From an uncultured Glaciecola sp. (lineage in GTDB: Bacteria; Pseudomonadota; Gammaproteobacteria; Enterobacterales; Alteromonadaceae): a stretch of 64,000 nucleotides of DNA. Below, piece after piece: positions 63,759 through 64,000 of the stretch. The position numbers and the translations under genes were made by a program. The notes under the pieces are model-generated. The model was not told the origin of the DNA. It saw only the letters and a list, made by a program, of their open reading frames with translations, and searched no databases. Each line of letters opens with the position of its first letter. Within the stretch, counting starts at the first letter, position 1. The stretch spans positions 2,016-66,015 of the forward strand of contig CAZXTD010000004.1 in the NCBI GenBank assembly GCA_964643575.1. Reading direction: 5' to 3'.

Positions 63759-64000
63759 ATGATTGATACCGAAGGGTACCGCGCGAATGTTGGCATTATA
63801 ATCTGTAACAAATCAGGACAAGTATTCTGGGCCAGACGCTACGGCCAACATTCATGGCAATTCCCCCAAGGTGGAATTGACCAAGGCGAAACTGCCGAAC
63901 AGGCAATGTACAGGGAGCTAACCGAAGAAGTTGGCTTAACACAAAAAGACGTAAAAATCGAAGCAGTATCACGCACTTGGTTGCGTTATAAATTGCCCAA
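63759..64000 (+). CDS. rppH: RNA pyrophosphohydrolase, 3'-truncated by the window edge (absent from the ORF track)
   Basis: Translated by hand: [60 protein letters not shown] (Nudix box); divergent from mutH. Confidence 0.96.
   Translation, partial: MIDTEGYRANVGIIICNKSGQVFWARRYGQHSWQFPQGGIDQGETAEQAMYRELTEEVGLTQKDVKIEAVSRTWLRYKLP

Overview
Mostly core chromosome of a marine gammaproteobacterium (Alteromonadales-like; inferred from gene content and order). About 60 recognisable CDSs: trmL, gpsA-secB-grxC, gpmI-envC, hemJ, erpA, tatABCD, hemB, panCB-folK-pcnB-gluQ-dksA-sfsA, pepB, rsmD-ftsYEX, rpoH, dtd, metJ/metF, mutH and a partial rppH. There are three tandem pairs of c-di-GMP proteins and two orphan pilin-like genes. 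No rRNA, tRNA or CRISPR array was seen. The main non-core feature is a ~4 kb segment (24534-28475) between hemB and panC. It holds a REP-associated HUH/Y1 transposase-like gene (RAYT) with seven full or partial copies of a ~25-bp hairpin repeat, all pointing toward it. The repeats bracket an ABC-transporter pair on the left and a lipoprotein gene on the right like cassettes, and the leftmost copy encodes the last residues of HemB. Second is a PEP-CTERM-like gene coupled to a multi-module GH16 glucanase behind a LacI-type operator, followed by an unrelated palindromic repeat. Smaller signals: a type-1 IscR site before erpA, Met boxes, a sigma54-type promoter before a Cys-free pilin, start-codon duplications at rppH and pcnB, and within-pair motif asymmetry in the GGDEF and EAL pairs. 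All calls come from reading the sequence and recalling family motifs; no searches were run.
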